A stretch of 63,167 nucleotides of DNA, the filler included. It is 11 parts of 11 records of this genome, joined end to end, with 100 filler letters (N's around TTAATTAATTAA, not from the genome) between each part and the next. Parts side by side here need not be neighbours in the genome. Positions count along the whole stretch, not along the records: positions 11,961 to 25,644 come from SRR15195285_1079; positions 25,745 to 30,506 come from SRR15195285_1080; positions 30,607 to 39,614 come from SRR15195285_1087; 8 more parts are not named here. One strand, written 5' to 3'. The translations under genes and the position numbers were made by a program. The notes under the pieces were generated by a model. The model was not told where the DNA came from and ran no database searches. It saw only the letters and a list, made by a program, of their open reading frames with translations. This document shows positions 23,819-35,200 of the stretch, in pieces. Every line of letters begins with the position of its first letter. Position 1 is the stretch's first letter.

Positions 23819-25493
23819 TTAAAAGCGCACAACAGCCCCTCGCGCTCGCCCGGCCTTGCCCTTCTTCGCCACGGGGCGTTTTGACGAAGCATCGTCTGGC
23901 AGAGTGGGTGCTGGCAGGATTGCTACACTTTCGATACTCTCTGGCTGCGCTGTACTGTCGTCGTCATCGTTGTCGAAACCATCATCACTCAGTGCGTCTC
24001 CCGAATCCATTCGCCGCTTTTGCGGCTGCGTATTTTGACGCAAAACCGATTGGTCTGTCTTGTTGCTGTTGCCGTCGTCGTCATCCTCGTCGTCGTCACC
24101 GTCGTCGTCTGAGCTGCTTGTGTCGCTCGCCACTGCCCCCTGGGCGGGAGCCTGAACACTAGTTTCATCTTCGTGTGCTGTATCCTCAGTCGCATCAGCT
24201 GAGTCATCGGAATCAGATCCACTATCATCCGAGGCGTCCTCACCCGAGCTGGTCGTGTCAGAATCCTCGCCACTCGAACCGCGCTGGTGTTTCCTGCTTG
24301 GCTTCTGCTCCTTGCCGTGTGACGAATCGTCACTATCGCTGCCATCGTCACTGCTGCTGTCACTGTCGCTACTGTCGTCATCGTCACTTGCGTCCGACCC
24401 GACTACAGCAGTGCCAGCGGCTACCTCTTTTCGACGCTTCGTTGGTGGTGCACTGTCTATCGCACCAACACCAGTAGCAAGTGCGCGCTTGCTACTGGCG
24501 CTGCTAAGCTCCGCCGCGACGCTGCCTTCCCCAGCCACGCCGGGTGTGATCAGCGACTCTTTGAGTTTGGAGATACGAATCCGCTCCTGGATGTTGATGA
24601 GCAGGTTGTCATCGTCGTCGTCCTCAGACGGCGGCGCAGTGGGCACTTCAAGCCACTCAAGCTCGACGGGCGACAGCTTCTTCAGGGTTTTGAGCAGCGC
24701 GCGTCCGAGCAGCGGCGAGTCAACTTTGACCACAGAGCTGTAGTCTTCCGGCTTCGAGCTCTTCACAACCTTGCACATCTTTGACTTGACCTCTCTCATG
24801 CCGATCTCAATCCGCAGGTGCACGCCCGCCTTTTCCCAGTACACGTATTTCTGGCCAGGCGTCAGTGTGGAGCGCATATCCACCCACACCATGAGCTTGT
24901 GCGTTGCTGCGGAAACGACGACCACGATGGGGTTCAGTGTGCAGAAAAGTGCGCGCTGGGACCGAGAGAGATGATGGCAACGTCGAAGCGCGCAGGCCGC
25001 GCACAACGAGAAGCTCACCGCAGAATGCTTTGACCGCAAGGCATACGTCCACTACGGCAGCTCGCTCGCCCTCCCGCTGCTTCCAGTAGATCGGAATAAT
25101 TACGAGGTGCTGGAACCCGCTCGGAGGATCCTCCACACCGTGTTCTTTCGCATCACGGCCGCTCGTGTCCAGCTCGGACGCACCACGCCCGCGGCCGCGA
25201 CCGCGACCCCCACCGCGATCTCCACCGCGACCACGACCTCGATCACCGCCACGACCACGTCCTCGATCACCACCGCGACCACGGCCTCGATCACCGCCAC
25301 GGCCACGTCCTCGATCACCACCACGACCGCCACCCCGTCCACCCGACTCCGGCTTCGCTCCCGCCGGGTGCGAGGGCTGCAGCCCGCTCGCCGCGCGCTC
25401 CTTCGCCCGGCGGCGCTGCTCCTCGCGCTTCCGGTTCTTCGCCGCCTTCCCAGAGCCCGGGGCCGCTGCTGAGCCCGAGGCAAGCTCGCCCAT
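23819..25493 (-). CDS. Stand-alone prolyl-tRNA-synthetase-type anticodon-binding domain protein with RGG repeats and acidic Ser/Asp tail
   Basis: HLVIIPIY...VWVDMRSTLTPGQKYVYWEKAGVHLRIEIGMREV matches the eukaryote/archaeal ProRS anticodon-binding motif (D.R...PG.K...WE..G...R.E.G). Intron 24907-25018 joins ORFs 24807..25517 and 23819..25039. No class II catalytic motifs. Confidence 0.75.
25190..25335 (-). repeat. 24-bp tandem repeat encoding (GGDRGRGR)n
   Basis: About five copies of a CCTCGATCACC(G/A)CC(A/G)CG(A/G)CCACG-type unit on +. Confidence 0.9.
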
Positions 25494-25909
25494 AGGTAAG
25501 CGACGGACGCCGGTCACAGGCGGGGTCAGAATTCAGCGGCATTCCGCGGAGTCAAAAAACCACCAATTTCGGTAGTAATGCGCAAGAAAAAGAAGTGACT
25601 CGAGGCGGTCGGAGGGGTGCACTGCAGTTCTCAGTGAGGTTTCCNNNNNNNNNNNNNNNNNNNNNNNNNNNNNNNNNNNNNNNNNNNNTTAATTAATTAA
25701 NNNNNNNNNNNNNNNNNNNNNNNNNNNNNNNNNNNNNNNNNNNNCGGAGTCCGCTGCATTTATCAGTGCGTTCTTTGTACTCCACAAGAATGCTTGCCCA
25801 TACAGTACCCGCCTGTATTGCGGCTCGGGGCGCCTCTGGTTGCAGGGCTCCTGGGCGGGGCTGCTGGGTGCTGGTGGGGGAAAGGGACGGCTGGGCCAGG
25901 AGCCATCGC

Positions 25910-27639
25910 ATGAGCTCGCCTGCCGCGCCGCCGCCACCCACTGCGACGGAGGCGTTCACGGAGGCGTTCGGGCAGGAATCGCGGCAGGAGGCTCTGACGG
26001 GATGGATCGAGGAGGTTCGCGACACCGAGCTGTGGTGGGTCGGAGTCCTGCTGTCGCTGCTCGGCTCGATGCTGGCGACGATGGGACTGAATTTGCAGCG
26101 GTATTCTCACCGTGTCGAAGCGGCGAAGCCACTGGTCGAACGCTTGCCGTATTATCGCCAGAAGCCGTGGATCGGTGCGCACCCCTGTCGCCACCCGGCT
26201 GCGTGAGCGCACGGTGCGAACTAACGCCGCCCGCTGCGTCACCACGCGCACTCGCAGTCGGCTCTGTTCTGGTGGTGATCGACGCCATCCTCGATGTTCT
26301 GTCGTTCGGCTTCGCCGATCTATCACTCGTGGCGGCGTTGGGTGCCATGTCCCTACTTTTCAATGCTGCGATCGCCACTCGTTTTCTTCAGGAGCAGATG
26401 AGCCAGCGTGACACGATCGGCACCGGCCTGGTATTCGCTGGCACCACCACCTCCGTAATTTTTGCAAACCGGAAGACGCCCGCGTATGCTGTAGACGAAC
26501 TTGTCCGGAACCTGCTAGAGCCCACGTTTTTTGTGTGGTTCTCATTCGTGATGCTGGCGCTCATTGCTGGCGCTGTGACAATTCGTAAGCTGAAGCGGCA
26601 AGCGATCGAGCGCAACCCGGAGCTGTCACAGTCCATCCACAGGCGCTCGGACTCAACAGAGGACGCTGAGGCAGCGGCGGCGGCAGCAGCCGCCCTTGCG
26701 GGCAGCGACCTGGACGCAGCGAAGACGCAGCTTCATCGCAGCGAGCTGCTCGAGTTCTTGCGCAACTACCACGCGCTGCTGTACGCTGGCTGTGCGGGCT
26801 TGGCGGGCGGACAGGCGGTGTCTTTTGCGAAGGCTGCCGTCGAAATCGTGAAGAGCGCTGCGTGGGGGGGGACAGATGAGTTTGTGAGCGGACCTGGCCC
26901 GTGGCTGATCATCCTGGGCACGGTCGTGATGGTGGGGATACAGTTTCACTTCCTCAACGAGGGCCTGCGGTTGTTCGATTCGTTGAGTATCATTCCTGTG
27001 TATCAGGCTGCGTGGATATTTTGTGGGGTTATGGGCGGGTTCGTGTATTTGGGGGAAGCAGAGGTTGGCGAAACCACGCGAACAACGTGGCAGTTGGCTC
27101 TGTTCGTGGTCGGTGGCGTCGTAACGATAGTGGGCGTGTCCATGTTGATCAAGCACCAGCCGGGCGGGATTGGTGATGGGATGGTTGGAGGTTTGGTTTC
27201 CGGAACAGGTGCGAATGCATCCGAAACCGGACGGCCTACACCACTGAACATGCTGGGCGACACGTTACAGATCCACCAACCTTCGGATTCTGCGGGCACC
27301 CGCGGGGGCTCAGCGGCGTCCGGGAGCTTCGAGTTGTCGCGGCAGTCCCTGGAGTCCATGGCATCACATGATCGAACCACAGTAGAAGAAGCGATGGCAT
27401 ATGCGCGACGCGAGCTCGCGTCGCTGCAACAAGAGAACGCCTCGCTGCGCTCGGACGTAGCGTGGCGCTCTGAAGTGCTGGAGCGTGCGGAGGCTGACTT
27501 GGCTGCAGCTACGGGAGACTCATATCTGTTCGCGGAACCCGATGGTTTCCGCACCGGAAAACTGAGCGGTGAAGCGGCTCTTGAAATCGACTTAATTCCA
27601 GACTCAGCGCAAGCAGCAGCTCAAAGGTTCTCTCCGTGA
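25910..27639 (+). CDS. NIPA-family magnesium transporter (DMT superfamily)
   Basis: GLNLQRYSH, YYRQKPWIVG, SFGFADLSLVAALGAMSLLFNA, QFHFLNEGLRLFDSLSIIPVYQ and about nine hydrophobic helices. Intron 26175-26257. Confidence 0.88.
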
Positions 27640-27816
27640 GGTTTACCGAACGTAGGGAAGCACTGGAACTTTGCATGGGTGATCGTCGTGGTTTCACAAA
27701 TGCGAGAAGACTGTTTGCCGAGCTCTATGCCAACTGTACACTGCACCCCGCTGTCTGCTCTGTATCATTTGTATTATCAGTTCCCTCCGTTTACTGTCTA
27801 TGAGCACCTTGCGCAA

Positions 27817-30092
27817 CTACAGCTCGTCCTTCAGCTCGCCTGTCGCTGGGTTCACGCTCGACAGCCAATCGATCTCCTTTGCCAAGTGCTCCCAAATCCA
27901 GGTTGCATCGGAGAACTCGCCGCCGTGACTGACCATACTAACGTTTTCTTTGTCGTCCGCCGGAATCCAGTAGAGTGTGGGGTACGATCCAGTGAAGATC
28001 TGAACGCGCGTAGCACGGTTTTAGCAGCGAAGGCAACGAGAAATAGAGTTGCTAATAAGCAACACGCATGACCTCGATGCGATATGAGTAATGTACCAAA
28101 CACATGTTTCTGAGATGGGGACAGACCTGGAAATGTGCCACGTCGTTCCGTACGGTGTTCATGCGAATAAGCGAAACCTCTACCGAGCCGGCTGGGCGCT
28201 TCTTGTTGAGAACACTGAGCTTGGTCGCCACGTCATCCCACACGGGCTCGAGCTCCCCACAGTGTGGACACGTCGGCATGTAGAAGAACGACAAGCAAGC
28301 GCGCCCCTTTTTGGCGATATCTGGCAGGACAAGTGACACACACAATCGTTGCGCATTGCTCAGTCATTTCGCGTGGGTGTGACAGAGAAAGATTGGGCAC
28401 GTGGAAAGGTGGACAAAACAGCACTCACAGCTATCGTAGGTGTTGCCAACCAGGTCGACTACGTGAGGATGACTCTTCATTGGGCGTGGCTCAGAGCGCA
28501 AGAAAGGGACGGTCAATCGCCCGCCCTTGAGAGGATCACCTTTCGCAAGGTGATCCGCGACGAAAGCATCGAATGCTTCCTTTGTGCGCGGTTTGTTGTC
28601 CTGGTAAATGCTGTACTGGGTGGCCTGTCATTCGAAGAAGCGAACCCACACCAGAGCGACGTCAGTGCGCGAAATGGAGTAGCGTGACCCAGGTGTCTAG
28701 ACTAATTTGGTATCTATGGGACATACGTCCTTGTCTGGCATGAAGATTTCCATGCCGCCTCCCTGTCCTTCCGGGTAAATCTGAGCGACGCGCATGCACG
28801 GGATCATCTGCGCACCCACACCGAAGCGTCCGAGCACCTGCGAAAGGAGAGGTAGACACGCACAGTTGCCACCAGTGGTTCGTTAGGTAATGACAACGAA
28901 GGCCACGGGAATAGGATCGATCCGCAATGCCGTCTATCTCCGTGTGTCGCTTACTGGCTTGTTGCTCGGGTCATCGATGTCTACGTAAAGCATGATGATT
29001 TGTCCTGCGAACTTCTCTGCTGTGGCCTCCAGGTCCTTGAGTGCCGACTTGTACTGGCCGCTGCGCTCCGAGTAAAAGAACGCAATCTGCGATTTGATCT
29101 TGTGCTCCATCAGTTTGGATGAGCCTGTTCGCCACGCAGGTATGTGCAGCGCAATGAACAGCACCGGGAAGAGAGAACTGTTAGGCGCACAGAACTGACT
29201 GCGCGGACTGCGAACAAGAGGGCAAGTGCAACTGGAGCGGCCGCGTTACCTTGCATGTCAAACTTCATGAAAATCGCTGCAGTTTCAAAGCGCAGACCCG
29301 AACGTGAGCTGGTGGTCGGCAGCGTACAATACGGGCTGCTGCGCGCGGTTCGCACCTGCGCCCGGCGGCGGCGGCGGCGGCTGCGCAGCTTCGTGCTTCA
29401 CAATCTGAGCGATCCGGTCAACGGTGCGCTCCTGGGGCTGTTCGAGAATCTTGTACTGCTTCTCCCCAGCACGAAACACAAACACGCTCGGAAAGCCTGT
29501 AACGCTGTACTTTGCCTTGGTGTTCGCGGCGGTTTCCGATGTGGAGTCAACCTTGGCGAAGCGAACGTTGGGCTGCTCAGTGGCAAGCCGCTTGGCCGCG
29601 TCAGCGTACGTGGGTTCAAGCTTCTTGCAGTGTCCACACCACGGTGCAAAGAACTCAACTACGACGATATCCTCGCGCTCGACGTACTCTCCGAAGGTCG
29701 AGTCGTCCAGCTCCACCACAGTGCCGTCGTACGGCGGCGAGGCCGCCTTGGCGGCGGCCGCGCACTCCTTGTTGGGGAAGGCGCCGCATTTGTTCTTGGT
29801 CGGCGACCAGCCCCAGCCAGCCTCGATGCACTTCTCGCAGGTGTCGTACTTGTCAAACTTACCAGCCTGCAGCGACAGCACCGCGCGAACAGACACTATC
29901 AGTGGCTATCATCAGTGGCACTATCAGTGGCTGCCTCTGCGTCCTCCGCCGACCGAGGCGGCCTCGACCCGGCACGCCGCCGGTGGAGCTCTCTGCAACG
30001 GCACCGTCCGTAGCAGCGCCCCTGTCTGCAGCACACGCACGCACCTGAGCCGTCGCTGCGATGGCCAGCGCCAGCGCCAGAGCTCTGAGCAT
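27817..30092 (-). CDS. Protein disulfide isomerase family, ER-resident (KDEL)
   Basis: Signal peptide MLRALALALAIAATAQ; EFFAPWCGHCK thioredoxin domain; b'-like domain; second site FYMPTCPHC; last exon ends GELKDEL* (TAG 27817-27819). Multiple introns, e.g. 29867-30044 and 29277-29355; the internal exons at about 28300-28950 are not fully resolved. Confidence 0.9.
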
Positions 30093-31079
30093 CGCTGTCC
30101 GCCACGCAGTCGACCTACAGTTCGTTGGACAGGCAGGCAGCCCGAGCACCAGGACGCAGGACCAGTCAGCAGTCGCGAGGCAGCATGCACGATTCGAACG
30201 ATGCGCAGGCGGGGCGCGCTGCATGGTCGGTGGTGCGCGCGAGAGAGAGCCCTGACTCCAGACCACAAATGATGTGCGGTACTATTCATAGTACGCTGGT
30301 TCCGTTCGATTCATGATCGGGCGCGTTCGCATTCACCGAGTCCAATTTTCTATTTTGTCCGGCGCATGCAAAATAGAGTTCATCATTTGAATCCGCCAAA
30401 CGTTGTTCGATTTTAGCGACGGTGGCTCTGGGAGTGCGAAGTGGCGGGCCGAGCGTACTTCCCAGAATGGGAGACCTGACTGGCGGTCACTTACAAGTTC
30501 GTACTCNNNNNNNNNNNNNNNNNNNNNNNNNNNNNNNNNNNNNNNNNNNNTTAATTAATTAANNNNNNNNNNNNNNNNNNNNNNNNNNNNNNNNNNNNNN
30601 NNNNNNGTGCTCGTGTACGGTACGTACGACAAATGGCTCAACCTGGGCACTTCCCGACAATTTGCAGAATCGTTCGATTTATTATAAGGATATATGCATT
30701 TGCATCTACTTATGAATCATGTCGTTTGTGTGTAAATTGATATGTAATTTGTGTTTCAACGCGAGATCGAGCTCTCGCGAGGCTACGTACCGACCTTGTG
30801 CGTGTACACACGCGCGGCCCGGCGGCGGCGCGCGTACAGCGAGCGATTTCGTTGGTCCGGCGTCTCGCTCACGCGCATCGCGCTGCGCGTCAGCCCGCGG
30901 CGGTCTGCCCGACGACGGACACCGCCCCCGCCTATCTAACAGGCTATATAGAGCAGCGTCTACACGCGATACAGCAGACGGCTGTCCGTCCTGAAGTCAA
31001 ATGACCGCGGTACACGCTCCACGCTGACGCGTGCCTCGTCCGGCGTGCGGACGTGTACCGGGGCAGCACGTGTTCGGTT

Positions 31080-32146
31080 ATGGAGGGCGGCGCTGGAGCT
31101 GATAGCAGCAGTCTGCCAGTCGCGACGCGGCTGGAGTCGCTGCGCCCTCTGCTCGCGAAAAAGGCGACCTTTGTGCGCGGTGTCGGCGAGCTAAAGGCGC
31201 TCGTGCTCGAGGCGTAGCGACTCCGCTGTAGATTGCTTCTTTTCACCACTGATGAGTCGTGTATTGGAATTCTGCGCTGATTTTTAAAGTGGCGCTCAAA
31301 GTTTGTTTTCACCGGACCAGGTATGACACTGCGGAGCTTCGGCAGCAAGAGGAGATGTTCTCGCTCGTCGCGCGGGTGAAAACGTTGCTGGTCTCGCGGT
31401 ACACGTCGCCACCCGCTTGGCGTGCAGGTTGCGGGCTCTTCCTCAGTGCGATCAGTTTCATGGAGGATCCTGCGCAGCAGAAGAGTCTGCAGGAGTGGGT
31501 GCTGCTGGCCGAGAACGAGGTGCAGGAGGGTGATCTGAAAGAGCTGCATCGCGAGGCTGCAGCGCGATATGCAGCGCAGCATCCCACCAAGAATGACCGT
31601 CCACCCCTTGATCCAGCTGCACTGGCGATGCCGCAGGCAGTCGCTACTGGAGGAGCAGCTGTAGGAGGCACGGTTGAGCAGCTGCTGCCAGCTCTCCACG
31701 ATCCTGCCGGAGACCTCAACCCAGAGGAGATTGCGTCACGGCTCGGGGAGTTTCTGACAGAAGCTGGCCTCGGTGGCGCTGAGGCGCTCAGTGAAGGTAT
31801 GGCAGGTCTCGATATCAGAGGAATGATGGACATGATGATGGGAGAGGCTGAGCCTGCCGGCGCACCTCCCGCGAGTAGAGATGCCAGGGACGCGCTGCTG
31901 CTGAAGACCATTCATGCCCCTGGCCAGTCGTGTGCGATCTGTCAGGAAGATTTTGCAGTCAAGGAGAAGGCCAAGCAGCTGCCTTGTCAGCACCTGTACC
32001 ACGAGACGTGCGTACTGCAATGGCTCGAGAAGCACAATTCTTGTCCTGTGTGCCGGTTCGCGCTCGAAAGCGAGAAACAGACCTGGGATGCGGAGGCATC
32101 CAATGTGCAGAGCCGAGATGGCGCATCAACAGGCCTGTACTCGTAG
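31080..32146 (+). CDS. RING-H2 E3 ubiquitin ligase, AIP2-like
   Basis: C-terminal CAIC..LPCQHLYHETC..WL..HNSCPVCR. The N-terminal region (KKATF..RVKTLLVSRYTSPPAWRAGCGLF) resembles plant/algal AIP2. Intron 31214-31320 has a weak donor. Confidence 0.85.
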
Positions 32147-32248
32147 GCGGTGGCAAAGACGGACGCTCGAAGGTGAAAAAAAGGCGGCGGTCACCTGAGT
32201 TCAATCAAACGAAATATGATGATTCTTAGGGAAACACATCTACGTATT

Positions 32249-35200
32249 TCAGTCGCTTTCGGCCTGCTCTTCCTCGCATTCTTCTAGGATCTGGCGGTGC
32301 AAGCTGGTCTTTTGCCTCAAAAGAGGCTCCGGCCGTGACATCGGTCCAAGTAGCCACTCACTCGAGAGATCCGAGCCTTGAGCAGAGAAGTACACACCAG
32401 CTACTGATTCCTGCACATTGGGTTGGACCAAAGTTGATCCGTCCGGTAATCCTCCTGCGTCCTGCATCACTCTGGCAGCGTCGTCAGCACCGGTACCATC
32501 AGGGCCTGTGAAGTGAAAACTCTCGCGTGGAGTCGTCCCTCTTGAGTTGCCTGGAGTGCTCTCCGGCGTGCCGGACGACGGCATGTCTGAGATCTTCCTA
32601 CGGTAGGCCAACGCTTTTAGAGACTTAAGCATGAGCTTTTTGTGACCGAGGACATCCACACCAGCTTTTGCGAAGTCTGAACTCTTCGCCTGCAAGAGTC
32701 GCTCTCCAGTTAGGCAAAACTTCTCAAACTTCTCAGCATAGTACCCTGCAAGGCCGAGTTCCTCTAGCCACCGACGCACATCCCCAATCGTCCACCGAGC
32801 AACATCGATCGCGAGGTCGCCCTTGATTACATTTCGCCACCGTCCAGGTCCCAGTGCTGCACTTCCTAGCGTCGGGCGCTGTTGCTGTGTCCCGAAAGCC
32901 GAGAGAGAGCCAACAGGGCTCTTGGCCGCTGCCTGCGCTGCCGCGAGTGCCTGCGCTGCCTGTCGGGCCTCAAGCTGACGCTGACGCTGTTCCTTAGCTT
33001 CGCGCTGGACCGCTGCGTGTCGCAGCGATGCAAAGATTCGACGACAGAATTTTGGCTCTATACCGCCACCATTCGCCTCCACAGCGTCGACGAATTGCTC
33101 CGCAGTGGAGACCTGTTGGTAGCCCCCGCCCACCTCAGATGCTCCCGCGAGTTCGAAGAGGTAGACTGTCAGCTCGTGAGCATCGGAGAGCCCAATTCCA
33201 AGTCGACCTCTGAGCTCGTCACGAATCTCGAAAATTGTCATCAAACCCTCGCCCTTCACCACATCACTATCGGTGCTAATGCCGCTACCTAGATTGCTAG
33301 TGGTGGCTTGCGGATTATTTGCTCGGATCTGCATACTTTCTCCAACCTCGCCATCTTGCATCCAGTCGGACCCCATGAGCTCGTCAATCGTCCGCAACCC
33401 GTCGTTCTCATCATCTAAAATGTTGCCTTCGGCCTCGTCGTTGCTCTGTGCAAGGAGTGCCGCCTCAGCTTGCGATGCAGATATCGCTGCCTGCACCTCC
33501 TTGTTCTGCATGGCGAGTTCTCTCAGTGCAGCCCGCTCTTCAACGCTATCCATGACTGCAGGCAGGAGCACGTCGAGGACGATCTTGTCGCGTACCAAGA
33601 CGGAGTCCTCCGCAAATTCCACGGCGTCCTCAACGCAGTCCCACACCACCTCGCTCGCCATAGCCATCCGTGTACGCCTGCGCTGACGGTGTCTTCGACC
33701 ACACGCTCGTTTCTTACCAGCTTGCTTTCGGCACTGCCTTCGCAGGATGTTCCGCGCCTGAACAAATTCCGACTGTTCCCTCAGGCCAGCAAACGCTTGG
33801 AAAGTCTTCACTTCAGTGAGCATCACGAATGAAGGCTTGTCTGTCTCCTCCTCCAGACCCCAAGCAATGCTCAGCTTGAGCCAACGCATTGCTTCCTCAG
33901 GATTGCGCAGAAAGGAATAAGACTTGCACAAACCGTACGCAGTTTCTGCATGTTGTGGCCGAATCTCAAGGCAGGATTCGTAGCACGCCAGTGCTTCTGT
34001 GTAGCCTTGCTTGGTACCCCTGGCCAACGCTCGTGTGGCGTCCTCACACAGCTGTTTCCACGCAGTCTCGTCTTCCGCCGTCTCTTTTTCCCGTGCCAGT
34101 TTAATGAGATGTTCTGGTGTGGCCAGATTCTTGCGAACAGAAATTCCAGGAGTCTGCAACTGTTGCCAAATCTGCTGAAAGCGTTGCTCGTGTGCTACCA
34201 GTGTAAAAAGACCCATTACATCGATGTCGTCGCGCACATCGTCATACGTCAGCCCGATATTGACTGCGTGTTCCAGCCATTTCAAGGTAGCATCACTGTC
34301 GCCTTGGGTTGCACTGATGGCAGCAAGATTGTAAAGCACAGTTGGATCACTCGGGTGTAGCTCATGACACTTGCGGAACGCTTCAGTGGCAGCATCCCAT
34401 CGCTTGAGATATACAAATTGAAGCGCAGCTCGAAGTAGCTCGTCGAAACCCAACCCGAGAATATCTCGCACGTTAAGACCGCCCTGGACCGCAAGCGGGC
34501 CGATCAGCCTGTCGAAATCTGGCCGAGCAAGTTCAAGAACGCGAACATCCGTCGCTGCCCAGACGGAGGCATTTCGCTTGGCGTCTCGCAAGAGAGCCAG
34601 CTCGCCGAAAAATTCACCACGACGCAGGCGGTTCAACTCACCAACCGACAACGATGTCACGACACACTCTCCCTGTTCAATTATGTAGAAGCTCTCACCT
34701 GAGTCGCCCTCACGAATGATTGTATCGCCTGGCAGGTAGGTACGCAGGGTCATACCTTTTGCAAGCCACGAGCGCTTCGACGGTTCAAGACTAGTTAGAA
34801 GGGGCACCTGCGACAGGAGCCGCTCGATGTGCTCTGTGATAGATTTCTCAAAGCGACCACGTGTAAGCTCCAAGCAAACGCAGCCATCTCCTGTAGCCAA
34901 GACCGATGCCGTGCGTGGTGCGTTGTTGACCAGAGCCTGCTCTCCAAAGAACTGGCCACGGGTCAGCACCGCCACCTCCCGAAGCCCGAATTCATCCTCG
35001 ATCCAGACTCCACATTTTCCTGCCTCAACGACGAACATTGACTCGCCGACATCGCCTTGATGCATTATCTCATCTGCATCGTTGAGCTCTCGCCTTCGCA
35101 TCTGTTCAGCAAGCTGCAGCCGTTTCCCCGGTTCAAGATTGTTCAGCAATGGAACTTGTGCAAGCCACAGTTCAATTCGAGCAAGTGGACCCATCACATC

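Noticed and set aside
25190-25335. Regularly spaced 24-bp repeats, superficially CRISPR-like
   Set aside because: There are no unique spacers, variation is at synonymous positions of GGDRGRGR codons, no cas genes are present and the context is eukaryotic.
29894-29930. Three near-tandem CTATCAGTGG units in PDI intron 1
   Set aside because: A short local slippage duplication; I noticed no other copies or structure.
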